Assembly: GCA_964502355.1 (NCBI GenBank)
Contig: CAZCWK010000004.1
Location: 16,470-80,469, forward strand
Length of the DNA: 64,000 nucleotides
From: an uncultured Bacteroidales bacterium
GTDB taxonomy: Bacteria > Bacteroidota > Bacteroidia > Bacteroidales > UBA1402
Direction of reading: 5' to 3'
The notes beneath the pieces are model-generated. The model searched no databases and was not told the DNA's origin. It was given only the letters and a program-made list of their open reading frames with translations. This document shows, piece after piece, positions 1 through 11,665 of this stretch; position 1 is the stretch's first letter; every line of letters begins with the position of its first letter. The position numbers were made by a program, and so were the translations under genes.

Positions 1-2
1 TT

Positions 3-458
3 AAATTACAGTTGGGATTTGCTTTGGGATTATTTGCAATTTTCGGAATGATAAGATACAGGACGGAAACCGTGCCCATCAGGGAAATGACTTATCTTTT
101 TATGATTATTGGTATTTCTGTAATAAACGGACTTGCAATGACGGTAAGTTACATGGAACTTGTTGTTACAAATCTCTTGTTTTTACTGGTAACATGGTTA
201 CTTGAATGTAACAAAATTTTGAAACGTACATCAAGTAAGGTCATTCTTTATGAGAAGATTAATCTTATAGTTCCGGAAAAAGAGCAGGAGCTAATGGAAG
301 ACCTTAAAGCAAGAACCGGTTTGGATATAATTAAGATTGAAGTCGGAAATATTGATTTCCTTAAGGATGTAGCATATCTGAAGGTTACTTATCAACCAAA
401 AATCGGAGAACCCCAGTCAACTGTTTCTTCATCAGACTTTAAACAAGGTAATTTTTAA
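3..458 (+). CDS. DUF4956-like integral membrane protein, 5'-truncated at the window edge
   Basis: The frame is open back to position 3 (KLQLGFALGLFAIFGMIRYRTE...). The track start at 12 is an internal TTG. Hydrophobic segments are followed by a soluble tail. The motif GFALGLFAIFG.IRYRT is recalled from the DUF4956 family. Confidence 0.55.
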   Translation, partial: KLQLGFALGLFAIFGMIRYRTETVPIREMTYLFMIIGISVINGLAMTVSYMELVVTNLLFLLVTWLLECNKILKRTSSKVILYEKINLIVPEKEQELMEDLKARTGLDIIKIEVGNIDFLKDVAYLKVTYQPKIGEPQSTVSSSDFKQGNF

Positions 459-473
459 TTTCAGCATTTTTGT

Positions 474-523
474 GAATTCCGGTGCGTGCTTTCACCGCTG
501 CTTGCGGCGAGTAGATTCAATGC
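474..523. repeat. Copy A of a short interspersed intergenic repeat (GAATTCCGGTGC...CGCTGCTTGCGGCGAG.AGATTCAAT)
   Basis: GAATTCCGGTGCGTGCTTTCACCGCTGCTTGCGGCGAGTAGATTCAATGC. Related copies lie at 3419, 15343 and 60776. Its second half matches 15423-15451 at 26/29 positions. Confidence 0.7.
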
Positions 524-659
524 ATTTATTCATAATTGTTGAAACAAAAATTGTGAAAATTAAATTTTTTTTAAGAAAAATATACTTTAGGTTTTTATAT
601 ATTTGTGTATTACCTCATGAACAGAGGTAATACACTTTTTTTATCTAAATACTTCAATC

Positions 660-2114
660 ATGGAAAACGATATTACAAAACTGGAGCCACAAATGCTCTG
701 GCAAAATTTTTATTCACTGACAAGGATTCCAAGACCATCAGGGTTCATGGGTCCCGTTCAGGATTTTATGTATAATTACTGTAAGTCTCTTGGTCTGGAA
801 ACAATCAAGGATGAAACCGGTAATATAATTGCAAGAAAGCCTGCATATCCCGGTATGGAAAATAAGCAAGGAGTAGTCCTTCAGGCGCATCTTGATATGG
901 TTCCACAGAAAAACAGCAATGTTAACCATGATTTTGAAAAGGATCCAATCAAACTTATAATTGAAAACGGTTGGATTAAGGCTGATCAAACTACTCTGGG
1001 AGCTGACAATGGTATCGGGGTCGCATCAATAATGTCAGTATTGGCATCTAAAGAAATTAAACACGGTCCACTTGAAGCAGTTTTCACTATTGACGAAGAA
1101 ACAGGAATGGACGGTGCATTTGGTTTGAAACCAAACTCTTTCAAGGGTAAAACACTTGTAAATCTTGATTCCGAGGATGAAGGCGAACTGTTCGTCGGAT
1201 GTGCCGGAGGTATTAATGTGACTGCAGAGTTTGACTTTCAGGGTTTGGATTCAGTCCCTGAAGGAGATATAGCTTTAGAGGTTATAATAAGCGGTTTAAA
1301 AGGTGGACATTCCGGGCTGGATATTAATCTTGGTAGAGGTAATGCAAATAAACTACTGTTTCGGTTTCTCAAAGATGCCGTTGCAGAATATGAAGCAAGG
1401 ATTGCTACATTTACCGGAGGAACTTTGAGGAATGCTATCCCCAGAGAAGCAAGTGCTATAGTTACCATACCGGAAGATGCATTACAGGACTTTATGGAAT
1501 TTGTGGCAGATTATGAGGATCTTATTAATGAAGAATATACAGGTATAGAAAATAAGATAACTTTTACAGCTGAAGCAACCGGAATTCCTGCAGGCCTTTT
1601 GCCAGAAGAAATTCAGGATGATGTAATAAATGCTGTTACAGCCGTTTATAATGGCGTACTAAGGATGATTCCCGGTATTCCGGAAATTGTTGAAACATCA
1701 TCAAGTTTATCCAAAGTTGATTGTACTGACGGACATATAGAATGTCTCTTTCTCGTAAGAAGTGCAACTGAAGACCAGAAAAAATATTTGGTTTCAATGA
1801 TACAAAGTTGTTTTTCTCTGGCGGGAGCCAAAGTAACAGAATCCGGAGCATATCCGGGATGGAAACCAAATCTCAAATCTCGCGTAAAAGATGTTCTTTC
1901 TGCAGTATATGAAGAAAAATGGGGTACAAAGCCCAAAATCAGTGTGATTCATGCCGGGTTGGAATGCGGTATAATTATGGATGCCGTAGGTGAATTGGAT
2001 ATGGTTTCTTTCGGACCTAATATTTGTTTCCCACATTCACCTGATGAAAAAGTTGAAATTGCGAGTGTTGCCAGATTTTGGGAGCATCTTACTGCTTCAT
2101 TGGAAAGGTTGTAA
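660..2114 (+). CDS. pepD: Aminoacyl-histidine (Xaa-His) dipeptidase, M20 family
   Basis: 484-aa ORF with metal-ligand blocks HLDMV, DNGIGVA, DEETGMDGA and NLDSEDEG, which are typical of PepD. Confidence 0.85.
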   Translation: MENDITKLEPQMLWQNFYSLTRIPRPSGFMGPVQDFMYNYCKSLGLETIKDETGNIIARKPAYPGMENKQGVVLQAHLDMVPQKNSNVNHDFEKDPIKLIIENGWIKADQTTLGADNGIGVASIMSVLASKEIKHGPLEAVFTIDEETGMDGAFGLKPNSFKGKTLVNLDSEDEGELFVGCAGGINVTAEFDFQGLDSVPEGDIALEVIISGLKGGHSGLDINLGRGNANKLLFRFLKDAVAEYEARIATFTGGTLRNAIPREASAIVTIPEDALQDFMEFVADYEDLINEEYTGIENKITFTAEATGIPAGLLPEEIQDDVINAVTAVYNGVLRMIPGIPEIVETSSSLSKVDCTDGHIECLFLVRSATEDQKKYLVSMIQSCFSLAGAKVTESGAYPGWKPNLKSRVKDVLSAVYEEKWGTKPKISVIHAGLECGIIMDAVGELDMVSFGPNICFPHSPDEKVEIASVARFWEHLTASLERL

Positions 2115-2142
2115 TTAATTAACTACTAAAATCCGGCATAAT

Positions 2143-3357
2143 ATGCGTGCGATAGGTAAAATATTTTTTGCAATAGTCTTGTTATTTGGTCTGTTATCCT
2201 CTCCTGTAAAGGCGCAGGATTTTTACCCCGAGAAACTAAAGAAAATCGACAGGCTGATTGAAGCTGCAATTGAAAGAGAGGCAATACCTTCGGCAGTCTG
2301 CTACGTATCTCAATACGGAAGGCCGGTATATTTTAAGGCGTTTGGATATTCTGACCGTGAAGCTGAGAAAAATTTAAAAAAAGATGCGATTTTCAGGATC
2401 GCCTCTCAGACAAAGCTGGTTACTACAATTGCTTTAATGTCGCTTTATGAAGATGGATTGTTCAGGATAGATGACCCGATAAAAAAATATTTGCCTGAAT
2501 TTTCTAATCCGAGAGTCGTTGTCTCCGGTTCAACCAAAGGCGGGGACCTGGTTACAAGGCCTGCAAAAGGTGATATTACTATCAGACAACTGCTTTCCCA
2601 TAGTTCCGGATTGAGTTATGACTTTTTTGATCAGGATGTAAGGGTTATTTGTTACCCCGACAGAAGTGTAACAACTGAAGACGTTATTAAAAGGATTGCA
2701 AAGCTGCCACTTAAACATGATCCGGGCGAGGGTTTCACTTATGGTTTCAGTCTTGATGTTGCCGGAAGGCTTGCTGAAATAATATCGGGTAAAAGTCTGG
2801 ATGTGCTTATTCAGGAAAAAGTACTTGATCCTCTGGATATGAAAGATTCTTATTTTTATCTGCCTAAAAGCAAATGGGACAGGTTGGTTCCTTTGTACCA
2901 AAAACCAAAAGCGGATATACCTGTGACACTTGCCGCTGATACGACTGAAAGATTTTATCCATTCAACACGGATCCCCATTTCTTTAGTGGAGGTGCAGGT
3001 TTATGCGGAACGATCGAAGACTATTCTCATGTATGTCAGATGATACTCGACTGGGGTATGTATAAAGGTAAAAGGGTGCTTTCCAGGAAAATAATTGATA
3101 TGATTTGCAGTGACCAGCTTTATGGTGTAGCAGGGGATTATCAGTTTGGTCTTGGCCTGGAGATTGCTACTGACGAAACATATCGTAAAACTATGAAATC
3201 GATCGGATCTTTACGTTGGGGAGGTTATTATGGCACTGAATATCTTATCGACCCTTCAGAAAATCTGATAATTTTATTTTATACCAATAAGGTTTCATGG
3301 TATCAGGATGACGTGTGGGGTGATTTTTATCGTTCTGTCTATATGTCTTTGAGATAA
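2143..3357 (+). CDS. Secreted serine hydrolase of the beta-lactamase (class C-like / PBP) family
   Basis: Signal peptide present. S-x-x-K motif in FRIASQTKLVT. Length 404 aa. Confidence 0.75.
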   Translation: MRAIGKIFFAIVLLFGLLSSPVKAQDFYPEKLKKIDRLIEAAIEREAIPSAVCYVSQYGRPVYFKAFGYSDREAEKNLKKDAIFRIASQTKLVTTIALMSLYEDGLFRIDDPIKKYLPEFSNPRVVVSGSTKGGDLVTRPAKGDITIRQLLSHSSGLSYDFFDQDVRVICYPDRSVTTEDVIKRIAKLPLKHDPGEGFTYGFSLDVAGRLAEIISGKSLDVLIQEKVLDPLDMKDSYFYLPKSKWDRLVPLYQKPKADIPVTLAADTTERFYPFNTDPHFFSGGAGLCGTIEDYSHVCQMILDWGMYKGKRVLSRKIIDMICSDQLYGVAGDYQFGLGLEIATDETYRKTMKSIGSLRWGGYYGTEYLIDPSENLIILFYTNKVSWYQDDVWGDFYRSVYMSLR

Positions 3358-3418
3358 TTAACAAATAAATCGCTCAAAACTATTGATTTCACGAAAACCA
3401 TTCGTATTTTTGCAGACT

Positions 3419-3466
3419 GAATTCCGGAGTGCTTAAACCCCGTTCTTATATGGTGGGGTCAGGATG
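3419..3466. repeat. Copy D (diverged) of the GAATTCCGG intergenic repeat
   Basis: GAATTCCGGAGTGCTTAAACCCCGTTCTTATATGGTGGGGTCAGG with an ACCCC/GGGGT stem. It lies upstream of exbB, downstream of a TATTTTTG -7-like box at 3405-3412. Confidence 0.5.
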
Positions 3467-3599
3467 TTACGGTAATTCTTTTGCAAAATCGTAGATTTCC
3501 GGCTTTTTGCACTGATGATTTACTGTTTTGGCAAACATATTTTTAGGATATTAACCATTGAAAAATCAATTTAGTATAAAACAAATCATTTAATTTATT

Positions 3600-4406
3600 A
3601 TGAAAACCCAAAAACAAGAAAAGAAGGTAAAGGTTTCAAAAGGCGTGCCTTCTAGTGTAGTTATTTTACTATGTGCAGTTATTGCATTCTGCTTTTTCTA
3701 CTTAGTTTGCGGTAGCCCTTCAAACTTTGATGAAAAAGGTCATCCACTTAACACATTTGGTACATTATTTCAGGGAGGTTTCGTTATTCCTATAGTATTG
3801 ACTTTGCTGTTTACAGTTCTGACTCTTTCAGTTGAAAGATTTTTTGCTCTTAACAAAATGAGAGGCAAGAAAAACCTGTCACAGTTTGTATATGAAGTAA
3901 AAACAAAACTTGAAAAAAATGATATTAAAGGTGCTGAAGTACTTTGTGCAGATCAAAAAGGTTCAGTAGCAAATATCCTGAAAGCTGCTTTGATCCGTTA
4001 CGAAGATGTTGAAAAAATGACTGACAGAAGCAACGACGAAAAATCAGAAATCATCCAGAAAGAAATCGAAGATGCAACAGCATTGGAACTTCCTTCATTG
4101 GAACAAAATTTAAATATTATCGCTACTATTTCGACTCTTGGTACACTTATGGGTCTTCTTGGTACTGTATTAGGTATGATCAGATCTTTCGGTGCTATGG
4201 GTCAGGAAGGAGCTCCGGATTCAACTGCTCTTGCTATCGGTATTTCTGAAGCTCTTTTGAATACAGCTACCGGTATTGCAACTGGTGCTTTGGCTATTAT
4301 TTTCTATAACTTCTACGCTCAGAAAGTACAGAACATTACCAATGCTGTTGACGAAATTGGTTTTGCCATTGGCCAGACCTACACAAAAACTCATGAAGGT
4401 AAATAA
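3600..4406 (+). CDS. exbB: MotA/TolQ/ExbB proton-channel protein
   Basis: 268 aa with TM helices and the C-terminal ExbB block LGLLGTVLGMI..F. First gene of the Ton operon. Confidence 0.85.
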   Translation: MKTQKQEKKVKVSKGVPSSVVILLCAVIAFCFFYLVCGSPSNFDEKGHPLNTFGTLFQGGFVIPIVLTLLFTVLTLSVERFFALNKMRGKKNLSQFVYEVKTKLEKNDIKGAEVLCADQKGSVANILKAALIRYEDVEKMTDRSNDEKSEIIQKEIEDATALELPSLEQNLNIIATISTLGTLMGLLGTVLGMIRSFGAMGQEGAPDSTALAIGISEALLNTATGIATGALAIIFYNFYAQKVQNITNAVDEIGFAIGQTYTKTHEGK

Positions 4407-4464
4407 ATAATATGAGTGATATTCCACGGAATTGAATTCATCATAAATTTATAAAACAAAAAAT

Positions 4465-5076
4465 ATGTCCAAGGTAAAACCAAAAAAACGTAGCACTTTC
4501 ATTGATATGACAGCAATGAGTGATGTTACTGTTCTTTTGCTGACATTCTTCATGAGTACGGCTACTTTTATTCCGAAAGAGCCCGTTCAGGTTTTGACAC
4601 CTGGTTCGGTTTCGGAAATAAAAATACCTGACGCCAATATAATGACTATTCTTATTGATAAAGGAGGAAGAGTTTTTCTTTTCCTTGACAGTAAGAAAGA
4701 TAAACTGGCGGTTTTGGAGAAAATGGGAAAAGACTATAATATCTCATTTACTGATAAACAGAAAGCTTCATTCATTAACCAGACAAGTATAGGTATGCCT
4801 GTCGGTAAGCTACAGAAGTTTCTGGATCTTGATCCTACTGACCAGGATGCTGCTTTAAGACAAATAGGCGGTCTTCCTGCTGACAGTACAAATAATCAGT
4901 TCAAAGAATGGGTTCGTAACGCGAATTCCGTTAACAAAGAATTGGCTATTGCCATAAAAGCAGACGAATCTACTCCTTATCCTATGGTTAAGAATGTTAT
5001 CACTACTCTGCAGGAATTAAAACTTAACAGGTATAATCTTGTTACCCAGTTAAGAGGAACTTCAGACGGATTCTGA
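4465..5076 (+). CDS. exbD: ExbD/TolR biopolymer transport protein
   Basis: N-terminal block IDMTAMSDVTVLLLTFFM (ExbD TM signature). Follows exbB. Confidence 0.8.
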   Translation: MSKVKPKKRSTFIDMTAMSDVTVLLLTFFMSTATFIPKEPVQVLTPGSVSEIKIPDANIMTILIDKGGRVFLFLDSKKDKLAVLEKMGKDYNISFTDKQKASFINQTSIGMPVGKLQKFLDLDPTDQDAALRQIGGLPADSTNNQFKEWVRNANSVNKELAIAIKADESTPYPMVKNVITTLQELKLNRYNLVTQLRGTSDGF

Positions 5077-5135
5077 TTTATTTGAAGCTATTTGAAGTAA
5101 ATTATTAATTGCAGATGACAATAAAAAAGTAAGAT

Positions 5136-5795
5136 ATGGCAGAAGTAAATACTGGAGGAGGGGGCGAAGCTAAAAAAGGCAAACCCAAAAAGATTAATCT
5201 TCGCGTTGACTTTACCCCGATGGTCGATATGAACATGTTGCTTATAACATTCTTCATGTTTTGTACAACGTTGGCTAAGCCGCAAACGATGGATCTTGTA
5301 ATGCCTGCTAAAGAAGAAAATTTAACTCAGGAAGATAAAAGTAAGGTTAAGGATGAAAATGCTATAACCGTGATTCTGGGCGAGAAAAATAAAGTCTATT
5401 ATTATCTGGGTAAACCAAAATATGATGACTATACTTCTTTAAAGAAGGTGAACTATAACGGAGCTGATGACAAGAACAGTCTACGCTCGATGTTACTTGA
5501 ACAAAACAAGTATGCAGTAAATCAAGTTAAGAAACTAAGGCAGATGAAATATGCCAAAGAAATATCTGAAGAAAATTACAAGGCAGAAATAAGGAAAATT
5601 AAAGATGCAAAAGATGGCAAGGTCGTAATGATCAAACCAACAGAAGGCTCTACATATAAGAACTTTATTGATGCTCTTGATGAAATGCAGATATGTTGTA
5701 TTGGTAAATATTCTGTTGAGGATCCAAAGGACCCTGAGATGTTTCTAATTAAGAACTTCGAGACCTCAGGAGCTTATTTTGAAGCTACGAAGTAA
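5136..5795 (+). CDS. exbD: ExbD/TolR biopolymer transport protein (second paralogue)
   Basis: Block VDFTPMVDMNMLLITFFM. Operon position supports the call. Confidence 0.8.
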   Translation: MAEVNTGGGGEAKKGKPKKINLRVDFTPMVDMNMLLITFFMFCTTLAKPQTMDLVMPAKEENLTQEDKSKVKDENAITVILGEKNKVYYYLGKPKYDDYTSLKKVNYNGADDKNSLRSMLLEQNKYAVNQVKKLRQMKYAKEISEENYKAEIRKIKDAKDGKVVMIKPTEGSTYKNFIDALDEMQICCIGKYSVEDPKDPEMFLIKNFETSGAYFEATK

Positions 5796-5827
5796 ATATT
5801 TTATATCAAAAATAAAAATAAGAGAAA

Positions 5828-6643
5828 GTGGCAAAAGATATAGATATTAATTCATCGGAGTGGTGTGATCTTGTTTTTGAAGGTAAAAATAAGGAATACG
5901 GAGCGTATTACATGAGAAGGTCCTCAGGACAAAGAAATGTAAAGTCGTTCATTATAATACTCATTTTTGCTATACTGATTGCATTGTTACCCACACTGAT
6001 TGCGACTGTCAAATCATTGACAAAGAATCAGGAAAAAATGGTTGAATCAACCGTTTTATCAGATCTCAAACTTGAAGACCAGGTTAAAGAGGAGAACATA
6101 ATTCGTCAGACAGAGGCTCCACCGCCCCCACCGTTGAAAAGTACTGTAAAATTTACAGAAATTGAAATCACGGATGAGGATATTAAAGAAGGTGAAGAGT
6201 TAAAATCTCAGGAAGAGTTGACCTCAACCAAAACTCAGATTTCAGTTGCTGACGTAAAAGGTACTGATGAAGAACATGGTGTAGACATCGCCGATTTGGA
6301 AGAGCATAAAGTAATTGTTGAAGAAAAACCTTTTACAACAGTTGAGCAAATGCCTCAGTTCCCGGGTGGTGAAGAAGAATTGATGAAATTCATTCTAGGT
6401 AATCTTCGTTATCCTTCCGTTGCAAAAGAAGTTGGGATTGAAGGTCGTGTAATTATACGTTTTGTTGTAAGCAGGAATGGAGACGTTCAAAATGTTGAAG
6501 TTCTGCGCGGATTGGATCCTTCTTGTGATAAAGAAGCTGTGAGGGTTGTTAAAATGATGCCCAACTGGATTCCCGGAAAGCAAAACGGACGTAATGTACC
6601 TGTATTCTTCACAATTCCGATTGTGTACAGGTTGGCTAAATAA
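5828..6643 (+). CDS. tonB: Energy transducer TonB
   Basis: GTG start, N-terminal TM anchor, a Pro run (APPPPPL) and a C-terminal TonB domain (PQFPGGEEELMKF...GRVIIRFVV...G). Confidence 0.8.
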   Translation: MAKDIDINSSEWCDLVFEGKNKEYGAYYMRRSSGQRNVKSFIIILIFAILIALLPTLIATVKSLTKNQEKMVESTVLSDLKLEDQVKEENIIRQTEAPPPPPLKSTVKFTEIEITDEDIKEGEELKSQEELTSTKTQISVADVKGTDEEHGVDIADLEEHKVIVEEKPFTTVEQMPQFPGGEEELMKFILGNLRYPSVAKEVGIEGRVIIRFVVSRNGDVQNVEVLRGLDPSCDKEAVRVVKMMPNWIPGKQNGRNVPVFFTIPIVYRLAK

Positions 6644-6726
6644 GATTTAAAGAATATTAATATTTTGTAATAGCAGAGAAGAAGCTTATCGTTTAGGCTG
6701 TCTTCTCTGCTTTTTGAGGTATATTT

Positions 6727-6921
6727 ATGGAGCCTAAGGAGAAATTTAATTTCAGAATTATTTGGGGTGCACTGATGGTAGTGATATATGTAACAATTTC
6801 TGTTTTGTTGATATTCACTGATACCTTCATGATGGAAAAGAACGTAAGACTTATAGTTGGATCATTGTTTTTAATTTACAGTATTTTCAGAGCAATAAAC
6901 CTGATAAAATTTAAAAAATGA
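6727..6921 (+). CDS. Small two-TM membrane protein (hypothetical)
   Basis: 64 aa with two hydrophobic helices. Its stop overlaps the next ATG (ATGA at 6918). Confidence 0.4.
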   Translation: MEPKEKFNFRIIWGALMVVIYVTISVLLIFTDTFMMEKNVRLIVGSLFLIYSIFRAINLIKFKK

Positions 6922-7856
6922 AACGAAGCTATTTATTTGTTTTTTTGTCATTAATCATAATCCTGACAGGTTGTGACAGGAGAAAGATTACCAGACTTGA
7001 CACATGGACAAGCGGTGAAGCCAAGATTGTAGCTGATGACTGCTTTTCCCCGATCATCAACGAAGAAATTGCAGTTTACGAAGGAATAAATCCTGATGCT
7101 TCGATTGAGCCGGTTTACACAAATGAAGTTGAGGCTTTTGATTTACTTCTAAAAGACAGCATACGTCTGTTGGTTGCTGCAAGAGAATTGACTACTAAGG
7201 AGACAGAATACCTTAAATCAAAAAAGTTATTCCCCAGGACAAATAAGATTGCACTCGATGGAATAGCCGTGATAATTAATAAAACAAATAAAGACTCAAT
7301 AATAAGCGTTTCTTCTCTTACCGGTATTCTTACAGGTAAGATTAAAAACTGGAATGAATTGTATCCGGATTCAAAACTGGGATCGATAAGAGCAGTTTTT
7401 GATAATCCGAATTCGAGTACTGTCAGATTTATGAAAGATTCTGTTTTAAACGGAAAACCTTTTGGTGAAAATGTAAAGTCTCTTGAAACTAACAGAGCAG
7501 TATTTGATTTTGTTGCTGAAACACCTAACGCTCTTGGTTTTGTCGGCGTAAGTTGGGTTTCAAACCCTAATGATACTACAAATCTTAGTTTTAACGGAAA
7601 AATCAGGGTAATGGCTGTCAGTGCATATGATGATGCAAGAGATGATAACAGTTATCAACCTTTTGCCGCCTGGATTGCTATGGCAAAATATCCATTGGTA
7701 CGTGATATTTATATTATTACTTCTGATGTACGTGGCGGTTTACCGTCAGGATTTATGGATTTTGTTGCAAAAAGCAGCGGTCAGCGACTTATAATGAAAT
7801 CAGGAATGGTTCCGGCGACTCAGCCGCTTAGACTTGTTAATGTTACCGAGAAATAA
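6918..7856 (+). CDS. PstS-family (PBP-like) substrate-binding lipoprotein of the Ton operon
   Basis: Lipoprotein signal (LTGC). Periplasmic binding protein-like sequence. This is its conserved position after tonB in Bacteroidota. Confidence 0.7.
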   Translation: MKRSYLFVFLSLIIILTGCDRRKITRLDTWTSGEAKIVADDCFSPIINEEIAVYEGINPDASIEPVYTNEVEAFDLLLKDSIRLLVAARELTTKETEYLKSKKLFPRTNKIALDGIAVIINKTNKDSIISVSSLTGILTGKIKNWNELYPDSKLGSIRAVFDNPNSSTVRFMKDSVLNGKPFGENVKSLETNRAVFDFVAETPNALGFVGVSWVSNPNDTTNLSFNGKIRVMAVSAYDDARDDNSYQPFAAWIAMAKYPLVRDIYIITSDVRGGLPSGFMDFVAKSSGQRLIMKSGMVPATQPLRLVNVTEK

Positions 7857-7889
7857 TTTAATAAATATAAAATATAAAAAACAGAAAGA

Positions 7890-9548
7890 ATGAAGAAGCA
7901 ATTTTTAACCGCATTTTTAATTACTGTTGCAACCGCAGCGTTTGCGGTCAGCAATCTGGGTATCGATTATTTTAAGCTTGGCGAATTTGATCAGGCAAAA
8001 GCTTATTTCGAAAAGCAATTAGCGCAAAGTCCGGCAGAATCAAATTACTATTTGGGCGAAATGGCTTTTGCAAATGGTAAAATTGATGAAGCCAAAGCTT
8101 ATTACGAAAAAGGATTGGCTGCTGATCCGTTATACATGCTTAACAACATTGGTAAAGCAAAGGTTATGATGAAAACAGATCGTACCAATGCAGATTTGCT
8201 TATTGCAACCACAATGAAGAAGAACAAGAAAAACGTTGAGTTAAATGTAGCTGTTGCTCGTGCTTATTATGAAAACGGTATCAAAGATGTAGCTCAGACA
8301 AAGTTGCTTCTCGCTAAGAAAGTTGGCAAAAATTCTCCTCTGGTTTATCTTTATGAAGGTGATATTTTACAGGATGACAATAAACCTGGAGATGCTGCAG
8401 CAAAATACGAACAGGCAATGTATTTTGATCCTGAAAGTGCTCTGGCAAAACTGAAATATGCAGTAGTTTATGAAAAAGTGAATCCTGATGTATCTGTTGA
8501 AACACTGAAAAAAGTTATTGCTGCTAAACCTGAATATCTTATTGCTTATAAATATCTGGGAAGAAGCTATCAGAAATCCGGTAAATACAATAGTGCTGTC
8601 GAGTCCTACAATACTTACTTTACTGATGGTCAATTTAAAGAAAAAGATATGGAATATCTGATTTCTTTAGCTCAGTCATATTATTTCACAGACCAGTTCC
8701 AGCAATCTATCGATGTGCTTGATAAAGGACTTGCAATGGAACCAAACAATTTTGTTTTGAACAGACTCAGGATGTATAATGCTTCTAAGGTAAATGACAA
8801 AGAAAATGGTTTAGCTTTAGCTGAAAAGTTTTTTAAACTTTCTACAACCGGATCTGACAGATTCATTTATCAGGATTATTCAGCTTATGCGTCAATTCTT
8901 GGTGATGCAGGTAAATATCAGGAATCTATTGATTTGTATAATAAAGTTTTAAATACTGAAGGTATTGAAGTAAACAAGACTGATATTTATAAAGAAATGG
9001 CTCCGCTTTATACTAAAAAAGGAGAACCTTTAATGGCTGCCGAATTGTATAAGAAAATAATTGACCTCGCGGGTTTTGATGCAACAGCTACTGATTACTA
9101 TCAAATGGGACGTACCTACTATACTGCAGCGCTTTCAAACCGTGCGGATACTACAGTTGCAGGAAAAGCTAAATTTAAAGAAATTGCAATTAAAGCTGAC
9201 AGTGCATTTTCAAAAGTTTGCCAGATGACTCCTGATAGTTATATAGGATATTTGTGGAGAGGTAATTTGAATTCTGCCCTTGATCCTACAACAGCATTGG
9301 GTTTGGCAAAACCACATTATGAAGCTACAATTGAGATTCTACTGAAAAAAATTGGTGAGGGATCGACAAACGGTTACACAAAAGATCTACTGAGATGCTA
9401 TGAATATCTTGGAGTATATTATTTCCAGAAAGATGATAAGGTAAACAGTACAAAGTATTGGACGAAAGTTCTCGAGCTGGATCCGAATAATGCTAATGGT
9501 AAAGCTATTTTGGAAGAGTATAAAAATGCTGCTTCTGCCAAGAAATAA
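7890..9548 (+). CDS. Tetratricopeptide-repeat protein
   Basis: 552 aa with a signal peptide and repeated A.Y..G...D....A..Y.KAL TPR units. Last gene of the operon. Confidence 0.8.
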   Translation: MKKQFLTAFLITVATAAFAVSNLGIDYFKLGEFDQAKAYFEKQLAQSPAESNYYLGEMAFANGKIDEAKAYYEKGLAADPLYMLNNIGKAKVMMKTDRTNADLLIATTMKKNKKNVELNVAVARAYYENGIKDVAQTKLLLAKKVGKNSPLVYLYEGDILQDDNKPGDAAAKYEQAMYFDPESALAKLKYAVVYEKVNPDVSVETLKKVIAAKPEYLIAYKYLGRSYQKSGKYNSAVESYNTYFTDGQFKEKDMEYLISLAQSYYFTDQFQQSIDVLDKGLAMEPNNFVLNRLRMYNASKVNDKENGLALAEKFFKLSTTGSDRFIYQDYSAYASILGDAGKYQESIDLYNKVLNTEGIEVNKTDIYKEMAPLYTKKGEPLMAAELYKKIIDLAGFDATATDYYQMGRTYYTAALSNRADTTVAGKAKFKEIAIKADSAFSKVCQMTPDSYIGYLWRGNLNSALDPTTALGLAKPHYEATIEILLKKIGEGSTNGYTKDLLRCYEYLGVYYFQKDDKVNSTKYWTKVLELDPNNANGKAILEEYKNAASAKK

Positions 9549-9570
9549 TATCAATAGATATAAATCTAAA

Positions 9571-9605
9571 AGCCCTGAAAGCATTCAAACTTTCAGGGCT
9601 TTTTT
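9571..9605. terminator. Rho-independent terminator between convergent genes
   Basis: Perfect 11-bp stem AGCCCTGAAAG / CTTTCAGGGCT with an 8-nt loop, followed by TTTTT. Confidence 0.8.
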
Positions 9606-9622
9606 AATATTGTAAAGAGTAA

Positions 9623-10909
<1,287 letters not shown>

Positions 10910-11074
10910 TTAAATTTAACTTCTAACTGCGGTTTCCCGGCCGCATAGCGACGTTTAAAACGCAATTTATACTAATACCATAAAAATATTCCACACTTTT
11001 TCAAGCGAGGAACTTAACAAAAATAACAAAAAAGATTGCTATAATGTTCAGTACTTATAGTAAAAAAATCACCT

Positions 11075-11620
11075 TTAGAGCATCATCCCTTTTCCTACTT
11101 CAGATGAAACAGCTTCACCTGAAAAGAGAGTCACAATTTGCAGAGCAAATTTAGCAGCAGCCCCCGGGCCATTAGCGGTAATAATATTGCCTGATTGGAC
11201 TACTTGTTTTTTTGAAAGGCTGGCACCAATAAGATTGTCTTCATATCCGGGATAGCATGTTGCTTCCTTTCCCTGGAGTATCCCAAGCTGACCAAGTATT
11301 AAAGGCGCTGCACAAATAGCTGCTATCTGTTTACCTTCGGTGTTGAAGTTTTTCAACAGATTTTTCAAACCTTCATGAACATTCAGATTTTTTGTACCCG
11401 GCATGCCTCCCGGTAGTATGAGCATGCTGGAGTCTTTCAGGTCAATGTCAGGGTACAATTCATCAGCCATTATTGTAATGCCATGAGCTCCCGTTACACT
11501 GTGGTCTCCGGTAATGGAAACGCTGATAATGTTCAGCTGTGCTCTTCTCAGTACATCAATAATAGTTATGGCTTCAATCTCTTCAAATCCCGGTGCTAAA
11601 AATAACAGAATTGGTTTCAT
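11075..11620 (-). CDS. DJ-1/PfpI/ThiJ family protein
   Basis: 181 aa. Nucleophile elbow AAICAAP. Begins LAPGFEEIEA. Confidence 0.85.
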   Translation of the reverse strand: MKPILLFLAPGFEEIEAITIIDVLRRAQLNIISVSITGDHSVTGAHGITIMADELYPDIDLKDSSMLILPGGMPGTKNLNVHEGLKNLLKNFNTEGKQIAAICAAPLILGQLGILQGKEATCYPGYEDNLIGASLSKKQVVQSGNIITANGPGAAAKFALQIVTLFSGEAVSSEVGKGMML

Positions 11621-11665
11621 GGAGAATATATTTATGTTTGATAATTTCTCAAACCTGACAGACTT